32,000 bases of DNA from Haloarcula limicola. GTDB lineage: Archaea > Halobacteriota > Halobacteria > Halobacteriales > Haloarculaceae. How positions within the stretch are numbered: position 1 is the first letter of the stretch; every line of letters starts with the position of its first letter. The notes under the pieces were generated by a model. The model saw nothing but the letters and a program-made list of their open reading frames with translations, was not told the DNA's origin and searched no databases. A program made the position numbers and the translations under genes. The stretch is taken from the NCBI RefSeq assembly GCF_010119205.1, contig NZ_WRXM01000002.1, positions 22,982 through 54,981 of the forward strand. Reading direction: 5' to 3'. This document shows, piece by piece, positions 9,044 through 17,229 of the stretch.

Positions 9044-9790
9044 TTACTCAAAATCAGTCAGATCCGATTGGTCGGTCCAACCTCCTAAGTGAGCATATGC
9101 CTCTGGATTGTAGGGGACCCCCTCAGTGTTCAGTAGCAAATCAGGATACAGTTCCCATGCTAATGCAATAAGCTGTTGTTCGAGTTCTTCAAGGTATGGC
9201 GAGGCCCCCGTGTCTGGTGTATAGGGGCCTATATCGTCAACCTCCCAAGCTTTCATCCACAGATAGACATTCCGTTTGAGTCGACGAGACTTCGGCTCGA
9301 AAAGCGTCCGAATCCATCGCCCTTTTGAGGACCCTGGTGTCTCACCAGTGGATTCCCAAGCTGAATCGAAGTATGCCTGACTCAGACCGCCTAGATGAAA
9401 CGCAGTCCCATACCCCCATCTTGCGAACCGTGACTTCCGCTCCCGGATGTACTTTAAGTTTGGATTGAGTTTATACCCACTAGACGCGAACTTCCCCGAT
9501 TTTCCGATGTAGAGTGGGATTACATCTTTATTGGAGCCGAGCCAGTACATCACATAAATCACACCCTCGTACCGTTGCCCTCGTTCGTGGAAGTCGGTCT
9601 CAACATTTTCTGCCTGCTCAATGACCAGTCGCTCCATGGCCGCACTCCGCTTGAGAACATCGCGTTCGTGCGGTCCGTTTCCGAATTGCTCTGTCTGGAT
9701 CACACCATCGGCGTCAGTTTCGAACAGAGGGACGCTGTCGTCAAGATTGTGGATGTCCACCCATTGGGCCCAGACATCGGCCTTGCTCAT
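9044..9790 (-). CDS. GIY-YIG-family nuclease domain protein (248 aa)
   Basis: GVIYVMY followed 12 residues later by PLYIGKS gives the GIY...YIG pair. Downstream are Arg (RFARW), His (FHLGG), Glu (YLEELEQQLIALAWE) and Asn (LLNTEG), in the order expected for the GIY-YIG fold. Convergent with the GHKL ATPase gene. Confidence 0.65.
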   Translation of the reverse strand: MSKADVWAQWVDIHNLDDSVPLFETDADGVIQTEQFGNGPHERDVLKRSAAMERLVIEQAENVETDFHERGQRYEGVIYVMYWLGSNKDVIPLYIGKSGKFASSGYKLNPNLKYIRERKSRFARWGYGTAFHLGGLSQAYFDSAWESTGETPGSSKGRWIRTLFEPKSRRLKRNVYLWMKAWEVDDIGPYTPDTGASPYLEELEQQLIALAWELYPDLLLNTEGVPYNPEAYAHLGGWTDQSDLTDFE

Positions 9791-9968
9791 ACAGATCCCA
9801 TTTAAAAGCTGGAAATAAAATCCATCGGATTTAGTAAGAACACCGCCCGTATCGAGTCATAGATTACTACCCGCCGGAGAGAACCCGTGGAAAGCACGAT
9901 TTGATCTCCCAGCCCTCTTGCGATGTGTTCAACAGACGACTGTTATGGTATGCATCCGTCGGCTAGTC

Positions 9969-10541
9969 TTACCAAAGGTTAGGTCCACGGCTTCCACGAC
10001 GACCAATAACAAGTGAAAAGGTGAGTACCAGCACGATGCCAGCACCACCTAACAGCCACAATTGCTCTGGCGGTTGAACCTCTTGATAGGCTAAGTATCC
10101 CTGAATCAGTGCCGTCGCTGCCAGCAACCCAGTAGCCAGGGTTAGAACAACGTCTATTTTTCGACTCTCCGAACGCCACTTATCCTCTTTTTGGGTCCGG
10201 TACCAATCATGAGCTACCCGGTATCCCTCCTCAGTCAATCGATATACCACGAAATCTGTGTCTTCGAAGGGTCTGAGGTAGTGAACCAGTCCTTCATCCA
10301 GAAGGTGATTAAGTTCGATTATCGCCTGGTCTTCGGTAAGCTCTGTCTCTGTAAGTAGTTTGGAATCGGTCGAGAGGCTCTCTACCACGTCATATCTGTC
10401 TTCAGACATGTGTTCGGGTACCGTCATATGGCTCAAACTGACGACAACATCTGTCTCATACAGAACCTGAAGGACGTTAACCCAACCACGTGTTACCCAT
10501 TTCTCACCGTCAACGGTCCTTTCCATCAGTAAGTTCGTCAA
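9969..10541 (-). CDS. Membrane-anchored protein: N-terminal winged-helix-like domain plus two C-terminal TM helices (190 aa)
   Basis: The stretch LNHLLDEGLVHYLRPFEDTDFVVYRLTEEGYRVAHDW is wHTH-like. Two hydrophobic spans follow: VVLTLATGLLAATALIQGYLAY and LWLLGGAGIVLVLTFSLVI. Confidence 0.65.
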   Translation of the reverse strand: MTNLLMERTVDGEKWVTRGWVNVLQVLYETDVVVSLSHMTVPEHMSEDRYDVVESLSTDSKLLTETELTEDQAIIELNHLLDEGLVHYLRPFEDTDFVVYRLTEEGYRVAHDWYRTQKEDKWRSESRKIDVVLTLATGLLAATALIQGYLAYQEVQPPEQLWLLGGAGIVLVLTFSLVIGRRGSRGPNLW

Positions 10542-10645
10542 CTAAAGAGTCAATAAACATTATCAAACTATTAGAGAATCCTTCCACTCTACTTGCCATA
10601 TACTGCCACGACATTCCCCTTTAGTGGACGATTCACGCTTTGCAT

Positions 10646-11806
10646 CTAATCAGATATCATCGTTTCCCCCAGTTCTCGTCCTACTCGAGTCTGTTGACGG
10701 TCCGCCGCTACGTCAAGCAGACGACTGCACAGCGATAGTACCTGCCGAACGTTACCCTGAGAACGCTGATGAACCCATTGTAAGCATTCCTCCTCGAACG
10801 GGGCGATTCCTCCAGTCCCATCTACTCGAGCGGTATCTAAATACGAGGCCACCAAGTCGGTGAGGTGTTCGTCTGTCAACGGACGCAACGCTACCTCCTG
10901 ACCGATCCGTTCAGAGAAGGCATGGTACTCACTCATCACGTCTTGCCACACCTCTGGTGCACAGGCAAACAGCAGACAGAGGCCGTGACTATTCTGGTCC
11001 ATCAGATGACGGATGCTATTTAGCGTCGCCTGTTCGTCCTTCGGCGACAGCCGGGCAATACTTTCGAACTCGTCAACAAAGACGAACACACCGGTATACC
11101 CCAGCTCAAGGAGGATATTCTTTAGAGCAGTGAACGCCCGAACGCTCGTCGTGTCGTCGTCGAGGGCGCTATGAATCTCCATTTCCTTCCGTTGCTCGTA
11201 GCGGATTCCTTCGGCGGTCAGCCACTGCCAAGCGTAGAGGTTAGTATCTTCGTACACCATGTGAACGATCGCTCGTGAGAAGTCCGCAAACTGGGTAACT
11301 GTATTAAGCCGTTGGATAGCTGTTGGAATAATCTCCGAGAGCAGCAGTTCGCCCTCGTCGATTAACTCACACATCTCATCGGGCCTGGATGGATGCCAGT
11401 CAGTAATATCTGAGGTAATATGAGCGAGATACTCGTACGCGAGTTGCTGCACTCGATCAAACCCTAGATCGTAGAGGAACTCGTGGTAGATATCACGGAA
11501 TCCCTCCCCGGGTTGGGCGACGTAACCGACGAGTACGTCGTCGCGATCACGGACCAGTGACCGTGTGTACTTGAGCGTATGTGACTTCCCGTTACCGTAT
11601 TTGGCTGTGACGACAAGGTGTTTCGACTTCCCGGTACTGAGCATCGTAGAGACTGTGTCGCTAATTCGCTTCGCTGCGTGTTCCTGTCCGCAGTATATCT
11701 CCGGGTCGTTTTTCGGAACAGGACTGTAGGGGAAAGGATTCTCCTCCAAGTTGAACTGGGAGTAATCGCGCTGTTCGTCGGTAATGGTGAAACCGTTGTC
11801 AGTCAT
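10646..11806 (-). CDS. P-loop NTPase (AAA/ORC-Cdc6-like or DUF2791/BrxC-like Walker ATPase), 386 aa
   Basis: I prefer the ATG at 11806, 2 nt after the upstream stop, to the track start at 11881, which would overlap by 83 nt. Visible motifs are N-terminal NPFPY, Walker A AKYGNGKSHT and Walker B GVFVFVDEFE. Confidence 0.8.
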   Translation of the reverse strand: MTDNGFTITDEQRDYSQFNLEENPFPYSPVPKNDPEIYCGQEHAAKRISDTVSTMLSTGKSKHLVVTAKYGNGKSHTLKYTRSLVRDRDDVLVGYVAQPGEGFRDIYHEFLYDLGFDRVQQLAYEYLAHITSDITDWHPSRPDEMCELIDEGELLLSEIIPTAIQRLNTVTQFADFSRAIVHMVYEDTNLYAWQWLTAEGIRYEQRKEMEIHSALDDDTTSVRAFTALKNILLELGYTGVFVFVDEFESIARLSPKDEQATLNSIRHLMDQNSHGLCLLFACAPEVWQDVMSEYHAFSERIGQEVALRPLTDEHLTDLVASYLDTARVDGTGGIAPFEEECLQWVHQRSQGNVRQVLSLCSRLLDVAADRQQTRVGRELGETMISD

Positions 11807-12698
11807 CGTTGTTTGGATCGTATTCGAGGTCACGGTCGTGGACCGCGAGATAGTAGTATCGCTTGCCGAACTGTTCGACACCGCGCATCACTTTGTCGGT
11901 CGACTGATTAGTAGAAACGAGACTACCGCTATCGGCGATCGTCATGGATTTGATGCCGAGTTTCGCATCTTTGGCTACCGTATCCACGGGGGCGCCCGAC
12001 AGCTCTACTCGTCCGACATTCTGCTCTGCAAGACGAACCAGAGCTTTGTCGAAGGGATCGCGTGGACACGTAAACTGCTCACAGTAGTGCTCGCGCAGCT
12101 TCGGGATTGAAAGATAGCGTTGTCTTAGTGACACTCCCCCAGTCTCCTCCAAATCGTCGAATACTGACAACAGATGGTCGGTGAAGCTGGACGTGACGCT
12201 GTCGCGTTCAACTGGATAGTAAGTACCGGTGAACGCGTTGCGCTGGATACGTCCGAGACGTTCGCCCCAGTCACCGAGAACCTCAACGCTCGTCTGATTA
12301 TATGTCCGTCCGGTGCTTTGCTCTCGTGTCTGTAGATCTCTAAGGATTGTTTCTAGATCGGTTGGTGCAGTCTCCTTGAGTGACTGAAGGAGTGCCCTGT
12401 AGTGGGGGCTCTGTGCCTCCAAGATATTGTTGACTCGGTCCCAGTTCTCATCCCGAACTGCCTTGACGAGATCGACGCCTATCTGGGTCGCCAGAAACCA
12501 CGTCTCGGAATCCTCAGGATTATGTTCGTCAATCAGGCCGACACGCAGCGCTTCAAGAATTGTCTCGCGTGCTCGTCGGTGGCTGACGTTCAATGCAGCC
12601 TCGATTTCAGCAGTCGTTTGGCTTTCGCCTTTACAGGCATGGGTCACCTCAATAAGGCGAGCAAGAGTAACCGGTCGCACCGTGGGACGCTCGCTCAT
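11799..12698 (-). CDS. wHTH-domain protein of unknown function (299 aa)
   Basis: The N-terminus TLARLIEVTHACKGESQTTAEIEAALNVSHRRARETILEALRVGLID is a typical winged helix. The C-terminal ~200 aa are unrecognised. Its ATG overlaps the stop of the upstream TGT-like gene (ATGA at 12695-12698). Confidence 0.75.
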   Translation of the reverse strand: MSERPTVRPVTLARLIEVTHACKGESQTTAEIEAALNVSHRRARETILEALRVGLIDEHNPEDSETWFLATQIGVDLVKAVRDENWDRVNNILEAQSPHYRALLQSLKETAPTDLETILRDLQTREQSTGRTYNQTSVEVLGDWGERLGRIQRNAFTGTYYPVERDSVTSSFTDHLLSVFDDLEETGGVSLRQRYLSIPKLREHYCEQFTCPRDPFDKALVRLAEQNVGRVELSGAPVDTVAKDAKLGIKSMTIADSGSLVSTNQSTDKVMRGVEQFGKRYYYLAVHDRDLEYDPNNDD

Positions 12699-13762
12699 GT
12701 GAACCTCCGAACTTGCTGTTTCGCCATTTGATATGCTCGCTGAGTCACCTCATTGTGCTCGAACCGAAGGTCGAGATACGCCTCGATATCGTAATCGCCT
12801 GCGACCATGTACCGGAACCGACGAAGTTCAGTCACCAGCGACCAGAGGTTGTGTTGCGTCAGCAGATTCCGGTCCTTGCGTATGGTCGACAGCGGTCGTG
12901 AGCAGCAGACTGGGCACGAACATGGTAGATGCTCTAATTCCTCGATGCTATGGAGTTCCGTACCGCCGAATCCTGGAACAAGGTAGTTTCGATTGCCTGC
13001 GCTCCGGATGAATGCCGATGAGTCGAAACTATCGACGCCTAGATACAGCAACAGCGGCTGATAGACAATGCCACCTAACCCGTAAACGTGGAGATGCTTG
13101 TCCGTAACTCGTCGAGCAGACAGTATTAGTTTGGTTACTTTCTTGTAATCTGTCCTAATCGGCACTAAGCTACCGAGAGCATATCCGTCGAAGTCCCCTT
13201 TACGTTCGAGATATCGGAGTGTGTTCCGGATTGTTTTGGGATCGTGCCCATGAACACTGGCGAAAAGAAGTGCCTCTCCTTCGTGAGCATCGCTTGCTTG
13301 GAGTGCATATGTTGTACTCTCCTCAATTCGCTGTTGGTTCTCTACTGCCCGATTTTCGGGTGAGAGAGGTCGGTCAAGCGTCCCATAAATGTCTGCATCA
13401 AGTTGCCGTTGTGTTTCCAGTACTTGCTTTGGTGTAGTGTCGACTTCTTTGGAACGATAATCGAACCCACCGCTGTCGGCGTACAGAATAGTCTTACTAG
13501 GAACGCCCATCTCCTCACGTATCGTAGCCCCCTCGAGAAGACGATCCCACTGTGGACCACGCTGGCGGATTGCTCTGGTGTTTACCATTGCAGTCCGGAG
13601 GTCAGGTATACTGTCGGCGTACTCTGGGGTATTATCGCTCGACCGTTTTCCGATATTGCGGACTGGAAAGAGCACTGGTGTCTCCAGCGGCCCGTGCGGT
13701 GTCTTGAGCGTGCGGTGTCGGTACAGCATGGCGGCGCGCTTCGATAAGCTGGCGAGGCTCAT
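12695..13762 (-). CDS. TGT-superfamily transglycosylase, catalytic-core-only (arcTGT/DpdA-like), 355 aa
   Basis: TGT landmarks appear in order: ETPVLFPV (TPxFxPV), YADSGGFDY (DSGGFQ nucleophile motif), GTLDRPL, GYALGSL, LHVYGLGG, GVDSFDSSAFIRSAGNR and the Zn site CSCPVC...H (LTQHNL). No PUA or C-terminal tRNA-binding domains are present. I prefer the ATG at 13762 to the TTG at 13825; the ATG at 13729 is an alternative. Confidence 0.85.
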   Translation of the reverse strand: MSLASLSKRAAMLYRHRTLKTPHGPLETPVLFPVRNIGKRSSDNTPEYADSIPDLRTAMVNTRAIRQRGPQWDRLLEGATIREEMGVPSKTILYADSGGFDYRSKEVDTTPKQVLETQRQLDADIYGTLDRPLSPENRAVENQQRIEESTTYALQASDAHEGEALLFASVHGHDPKTIRNTLRYLERKGDFDGYALGSLVPIRTDYKKVTKLILSARRVTDKHLHVYGLGGIVYQPLLLYLGVDSFDSSAFIRSAGNRNYLVPGFGGTELHSIEELEHLPCSCPVCCSRPLSTIRKDRNLLTQHNLWSLVTELRRFRYMVAGDYDIEAYLDLRFEHNEVTQRAYQMAKQQVRRFT

Positions 13763-13766
13763 AAAA

Positions 13767-13784
13767 GGTTGGTTCAGACCAACC
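13767..13784. promoter_or_regulatory. Perfect 7-4-7 palindrome GGTTGGT-tcag-ACCAACC in the divergent promoter region (candidate operator)
   Basis: Read directly from the sequence. It lies 5 bp upstream of the 13762 start of the TGT-like gene and ~55 bp upstream of the HxlR-type gene. A TATA-like tatgtataat at ~13806-13815 sits ~25-30 bp before the 13839 ATG, a leaderless arrangement. Confidence 0.4.
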
Positions 13785-13838
13785 CAAACTGCAGATAATC
13801 CGGAGTATGTATAATGACCCACCAATCAGTACGGGGTG

Positions 13839-14117
13839 ATGTATAACGAGGTTCGGTCAGTGGTTGAATCAAAATGGTCGATAAAGATCCTATCGTCGCT
13901 GTCAGAGGAGAGTCCACAGAATTTCTCGACGGTTCAGGAGCAGTTCGATACCTCGAACGATGTCATCACTGATAGACTGAGACTCCTTGCCGAGTACGAT
14001 CTCATTGATCGGAGAGAGCATACTCGTAGAGATGTTCGGTATAGCATCACTAAGCGTGGTGAACGATTCCTTGATGAACTGAGGGATCTCAATTCATTAC
14101 TCAGGAAGGGACTCTGA
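13839..14117 (+). CDS. HxlR-type winged-helix transcriptional regulator (92 aa)
   Basis: SKWSIKILSSLSEESPQNFSTVQEQF...ITDRLRLLAEYDLIDRREH...VRYSITKRGERFL matches the HxlR/DUF24 pattern (W-x-x-x-IL...F-x-E/T...L-x-x-L...R...Y-x-LT-x-x-G). It is embedded in opposite orientation between the two TGT-containing operons. Confidence 0.8.
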   Translation: MYNEVRSVVESKWSIKILSSLSEESPQNFSTVQEQFDTSNDVITDRLRLLAEYDLIDRREHTRRDVRYSITKRGERFLDELRDLNSLLRKGL

Positions 14118-14134
14118 ACAGATCCACTGGCCTA

Positions 14135-14842
14135 CTACTGGTAGTCGCCCAACCCACTCTGTGTTGTGGGTTCAGTCGTTAGATACTGAGCCAACTTCTC
14201 CAGGCACTCTACGCGTTTCCCCTCACTACGATGTGCAGCGAAGTTCTGAAGATAGCGGCCCTTGAGGGCGACGACGATTGTGCCATGTTCCTTCGCTTCT
14301 GCTAGCCGAGCAGAAATCGATATGACGTTATCGCGATCCACGGCGAGACTCTCTTGATTGAATACGACACCCGTCGTCTCGGTCGGAAGTGCATTGAGAA
14401 CTTCTTCAAGGTCACACGCGCGGTAGTAGTCGCTACCGAGGGCCAGAACGACGAGGTCGTATGGTGGGTCCGTCTGTACGGCGTCACGGACGTTCTGCGG
14501 AATTCCTAACTTGATCGCACGTTCGTCAATCTCGGTCGCAGTCATATCAGAGAACGTAATGTCGTACGGCGGTAACTCGGTGTCTTCGTCAACGAGGCCA
14601 AACCCTGCACTAATGTAGACTCGATTAACCGTATCTCCGCTCTCTCGGAGATGATCAACGGCGAAGTCAATGTACTGCTGCTGGCGTCCGGTGTATAATT
14701 GTCTTGCCGGAATACCCTGAACCTTATCTCTCTCAAGTAAGGCCTCGCGATCGTATTGGTCGATTTCAGCGGCATCGAACTCGGATACGTTCTCTGGGTT
14801 ATCTTTAGAGCCAGAACACTGGCCGACGATGAGTACACGCAT
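14135..14842 (-). CDS. DUF6884-like protein (235 aa), function unknown
   Basis: N-terminal IVGQCSGSKD followed by IPARQLYTGRQQQY resembles the C-x-x-x-K ... A-x-x-LY-x-G signature I associate with DUF6884 (recollection only, not verified). Its start is 2 nt after the stop of the 739-aa TGT-like gene, so the two are tightly coupled. Confidence 0.6.
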   Translation of the reverse strand: MRVLIVGQCSGSKDNPENVSEFDAAEIDQYDREALLERDKVQGIPARQLYTGRQQQYIDFAVDHLRESGDTVNRVYISAGFGLVDEDTELPPYDITFSDMTATEIDERAIKLGIPQNVRDAVQTDPPYDLVVLALGSDYYRACDLEEVLNALPTETTGVVFNQESLAVDRDNVISISARLAEAKEHGTIVVALKGRYLQNFAAHRSEGKRVECLEKLAQYLTTEPTTQSGLGDYQ

Positions 14843-14844
14843 GG

Positions 14845-17064
14845 TTAGTAGTCGGTCAGTCCGGATTGCATGAGATGCTGTGGGAGGAATTCGTCTTCGT
14901 ACCCGAGGCGTTCGAGAACGCCGTCTCGAATGCTTGCGGGGTTGGTGTGTTCATGTACCGTGCAGTTGACGTCCTCAAGCCGACTGCGAGTTGCTTCGTC
15001 CAGCTCTAAGTGCCGAGCGTCGACGAAAATATCCTGATACCGCTCACCTTCGGTGACAAGGACGTCGGCTAGGCCGTTGGAGTCGAACGATGCTGTCTCT
15101 GGACGGTTAGCCCACCACTCGTGCAATCCGGTTGCCGACACAGCCCCGATTTCGGCGACAGGGAGGTCGTGAACACTACCCCAGAACGTCGGTCGATCGT
15201 TACGGAGATATCTCTCCATAGTTCCCTGTCCCATCACAGACGCAGATGGACGCGTCACGACGAGAATTTTCGGGAGATCACCCTCGAATTGGTCATAGAA
15301 TCGCCGAGTATTGTGGAATCCACGGCGCCGATTACGGTTATTCCCTCGAAAGATTGCGACTTCGATTCCGTTCCGTGTACAGATTGGACAGTCACACCGT
15401 TTCCAAGGCTTGGCGTTGAGAAGGTCACGGTAATCGTCCAGAAGGTTTGCATCGCTGATCGGGTCCCAGGTCGCGTACGCCTCGACGAGGGGCCACAACG
15501 CGTTGATAGTGCCTGGCGTCTCTGACTCTCGTTCCACAACGACATCGAGCAACGTTGGTGTCCAATCGGTGAATACTTTCTCTGCAACTGCAACCAGGTC
15601 ATCGTACTCGGTGAACGGGATCGGGTTCTCGGGATCATCGTCACGGAGAAGTTTGATCAACTTCGAACTCAGCGGGTCACCGAAACTCGCCCGGAACGCA
15701 CGCCCGTGGTCGTAGCCCGAACGGAATGCCTCTTCAGTTTCTTTGATGTACGCCACGTCATACCGCTCGTCGTGCCGGTGCTCGAGAAGGTACTCCGTGA
15801 TCTCACTGAGAGCTTGTGTCGCTCGGTTGTGCCATGTCTGAAGTGCATCTGCAATCGGCTCGTTATTGTCGAACGCCCGGAGGGCATACAACATCTCCTG
15901 CCCTCGAAGAGCCTTCTCGATACTCGTTTGGAGGTCGTCTCGATAGCTCGGGTACCGGACGCGAATCGCGTCATAGCGCTCGTCGCTGTCGAGATGGTAA
16001 TTCTGTCCCCCTGTCCACGCTGCACGGAGCATGCTTGCGCTGTCGAAACTCGTCATACCACTACGACCGATGGTCTCGAAAGCACCGCTCTTGGCGAATC
16101 CAAAGACGTGGGTGTCGATGCGAGTCTCGTGCGTTCGTTCGAAGCTCTTGATTTCGTTCCCAACGGCACTCACGATATCTTTGACTGCACTCTCCGGACT
16201 TCCAGCGACACCACCGATACCAAGATACTGATACCCAAGATCGAGAACTTCCTTGGTCGCGTTTACGTACGATTCACAGTCCCAACCCTGCACAGCGGAC
16301 ATCAGTCGGAACGAGTAATCCCCTTCCTCGTACCGTTTGCGCATATCGCGAGCATTGCGGAGCGTGAGATCGTACCGATACTGCATATCGTCGGCCCGAT
16401 AGACTGCCCGAGGGTCGCTACGGAGATGTGCAATGATCTCCTCGACATCCCCCTCGAAATCAGTTCGTGTGAATGGCTCGATAGTCGAGACGTGATATAT
16501 GGAGGGTTCTTCTTCCGCGACATACGAAGGCCATCTGCGGCTAGAACTGCCATCGCCGTTGGGCCACGTATCGATCATGACGTCGAGTTCCTCGGTCACC
16601 TCCTCGGGGATGTCACCTTTGCTAAAGTCCCCGCTGAAAGCACGCTCATTGAGATAGAGGCGAGCAGTATGGCCCGCCCCAAGGACGAGGTGGTCAATCG
16701 TCACACCTGTAGTCACGCCGAGCTGCTCGTAGAACTCAAGCATCTCGCCGTTGTCGTACGGTGGGAAGGGGAGAGATTTGTAGCCCCACGCACCACAATC
16801 GCTGATCGTCGGGAGCCATCTAGGCAGGTCCAGTTTGGATGCGTCGTAAATTCCGTTCTCGGTCAATCGCTGTGCCTTAGTCGAACTCTCCTCTGCCTGT
16901 TCTCTCGAGATGAGGACGCCGTCGATCGGAGTGTTCTTCCTGTCGAATAAGTCCCAAATATACGCTAGATCACGCTCATCGGTCCCGAGCGTCGAGTGTT
17001 CGTCGTGGAGAAAATCGTAGTTCGCGTCAACCCGATCATCCCACTCGGGAACGTAGAACCGCAC
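14845..17064 (-). CDS. Large TGT-superfamily protein (DpdA-like core with insertions and ~150-aa C-terminal extension), 739 aa
   Basis: GTG start. The N-terminus is MRFYVPEWDDRVDANYDFLHDE. TGT-like landmarks are ISDCGAWGY (equivalent of DSGGF), SAVQGW, YLGIGGVAGSP, TSFDSASMLRAAWTG and the Zn site CDCPIC...FHN. About 190 residues are inserted between the FDSAS motif and the Zn site, and there is an unrecognised tail after it. Confidence 0.85.
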   Translation of the reverse strand: MRFYVPEWDDRVDANYDFLHDEHSTLGTDERDLAYIWDLFDRKNTPIDGVLISREQAEESSTKAQRLTENGIYDASKLDLPRWLPTISDCGAWGYKSLPFPPYDNGEMLEFYEQLGVTTGVTIDHLVLGAGHTARLYLNERAFSGDFSKGDIPEEVTEELDVMIDTWPNGDGSSSRRWPSYVAEEEPSIYHVSTIEPFTRTDFEGDVEEIIAHLRSDPRAVYRADDMQYRYDLTLRNARDMRKRYEEGDYSFRLMSAVQGWDCESYVNATKEVLDLGYQYLGIGGVAGSPESAVKDIVSAVGNEIKSFERTHETRIDTHVFGFAKSGAFETIGRSGMTSFDSASMLRAAWTGGQNYHLDSDERYDAIRVRYPSYRDDLQTSIEKALRGQEMLYALRAFDNNEPIADALQTWHNRATQALSEITEYLLEHRHDERYDVAYIKETEEAFRSGYDHGRAFRASFGDPLSSKLIKLLRDDDPENPIPFTEYDDLVAVAEKVFTDWTPTLLDVVVERESETPGTINALWPLVEAYATWDPISDANLLDDYRDLLNAKPWKRCDCPICTRNGIEVAIFRGNNRNRRRGFHNTRRFYDQFEGDLPKILVVTRPSASVMGQGTMERYLRNDRPTFWGSVHDLPVAEIGAVSATGLHEWWANRPETASFDSNGLADVLVTEGERYQDIFVDARHLELDEATRSRLEDVNCTVHEHTNPASIRDGVLERLGYEDEFLPQHLMQSGLTDY

Positions 17065-17229
17065 TATTCAATCACCTACTCTGTGTTTCTCTTTTCGGCA
17101 TATTAGCGTACTGCTTCCGTGGTGGAACTGAAGAGGTCGGGTCCAGTGTTTTATACTCCGAACCGCTGAAGACTTCACTACATGCCCCACATTGTTCAGT
17201 CGACGACGCTTGGTGCAGTTAATTATATT

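Noticed and set aside
15706-16950. 414-aa plus-strand ORF inside the 739-aa TGT-like gene
   Set aside because: The sense strand carries ordered TGT motifs and an acidic composition. The antisense product is Cys/Arg/Val-rich with no motifs. Long antisense frames arise because complements of GAN-rich acidic codons seldom form stops.
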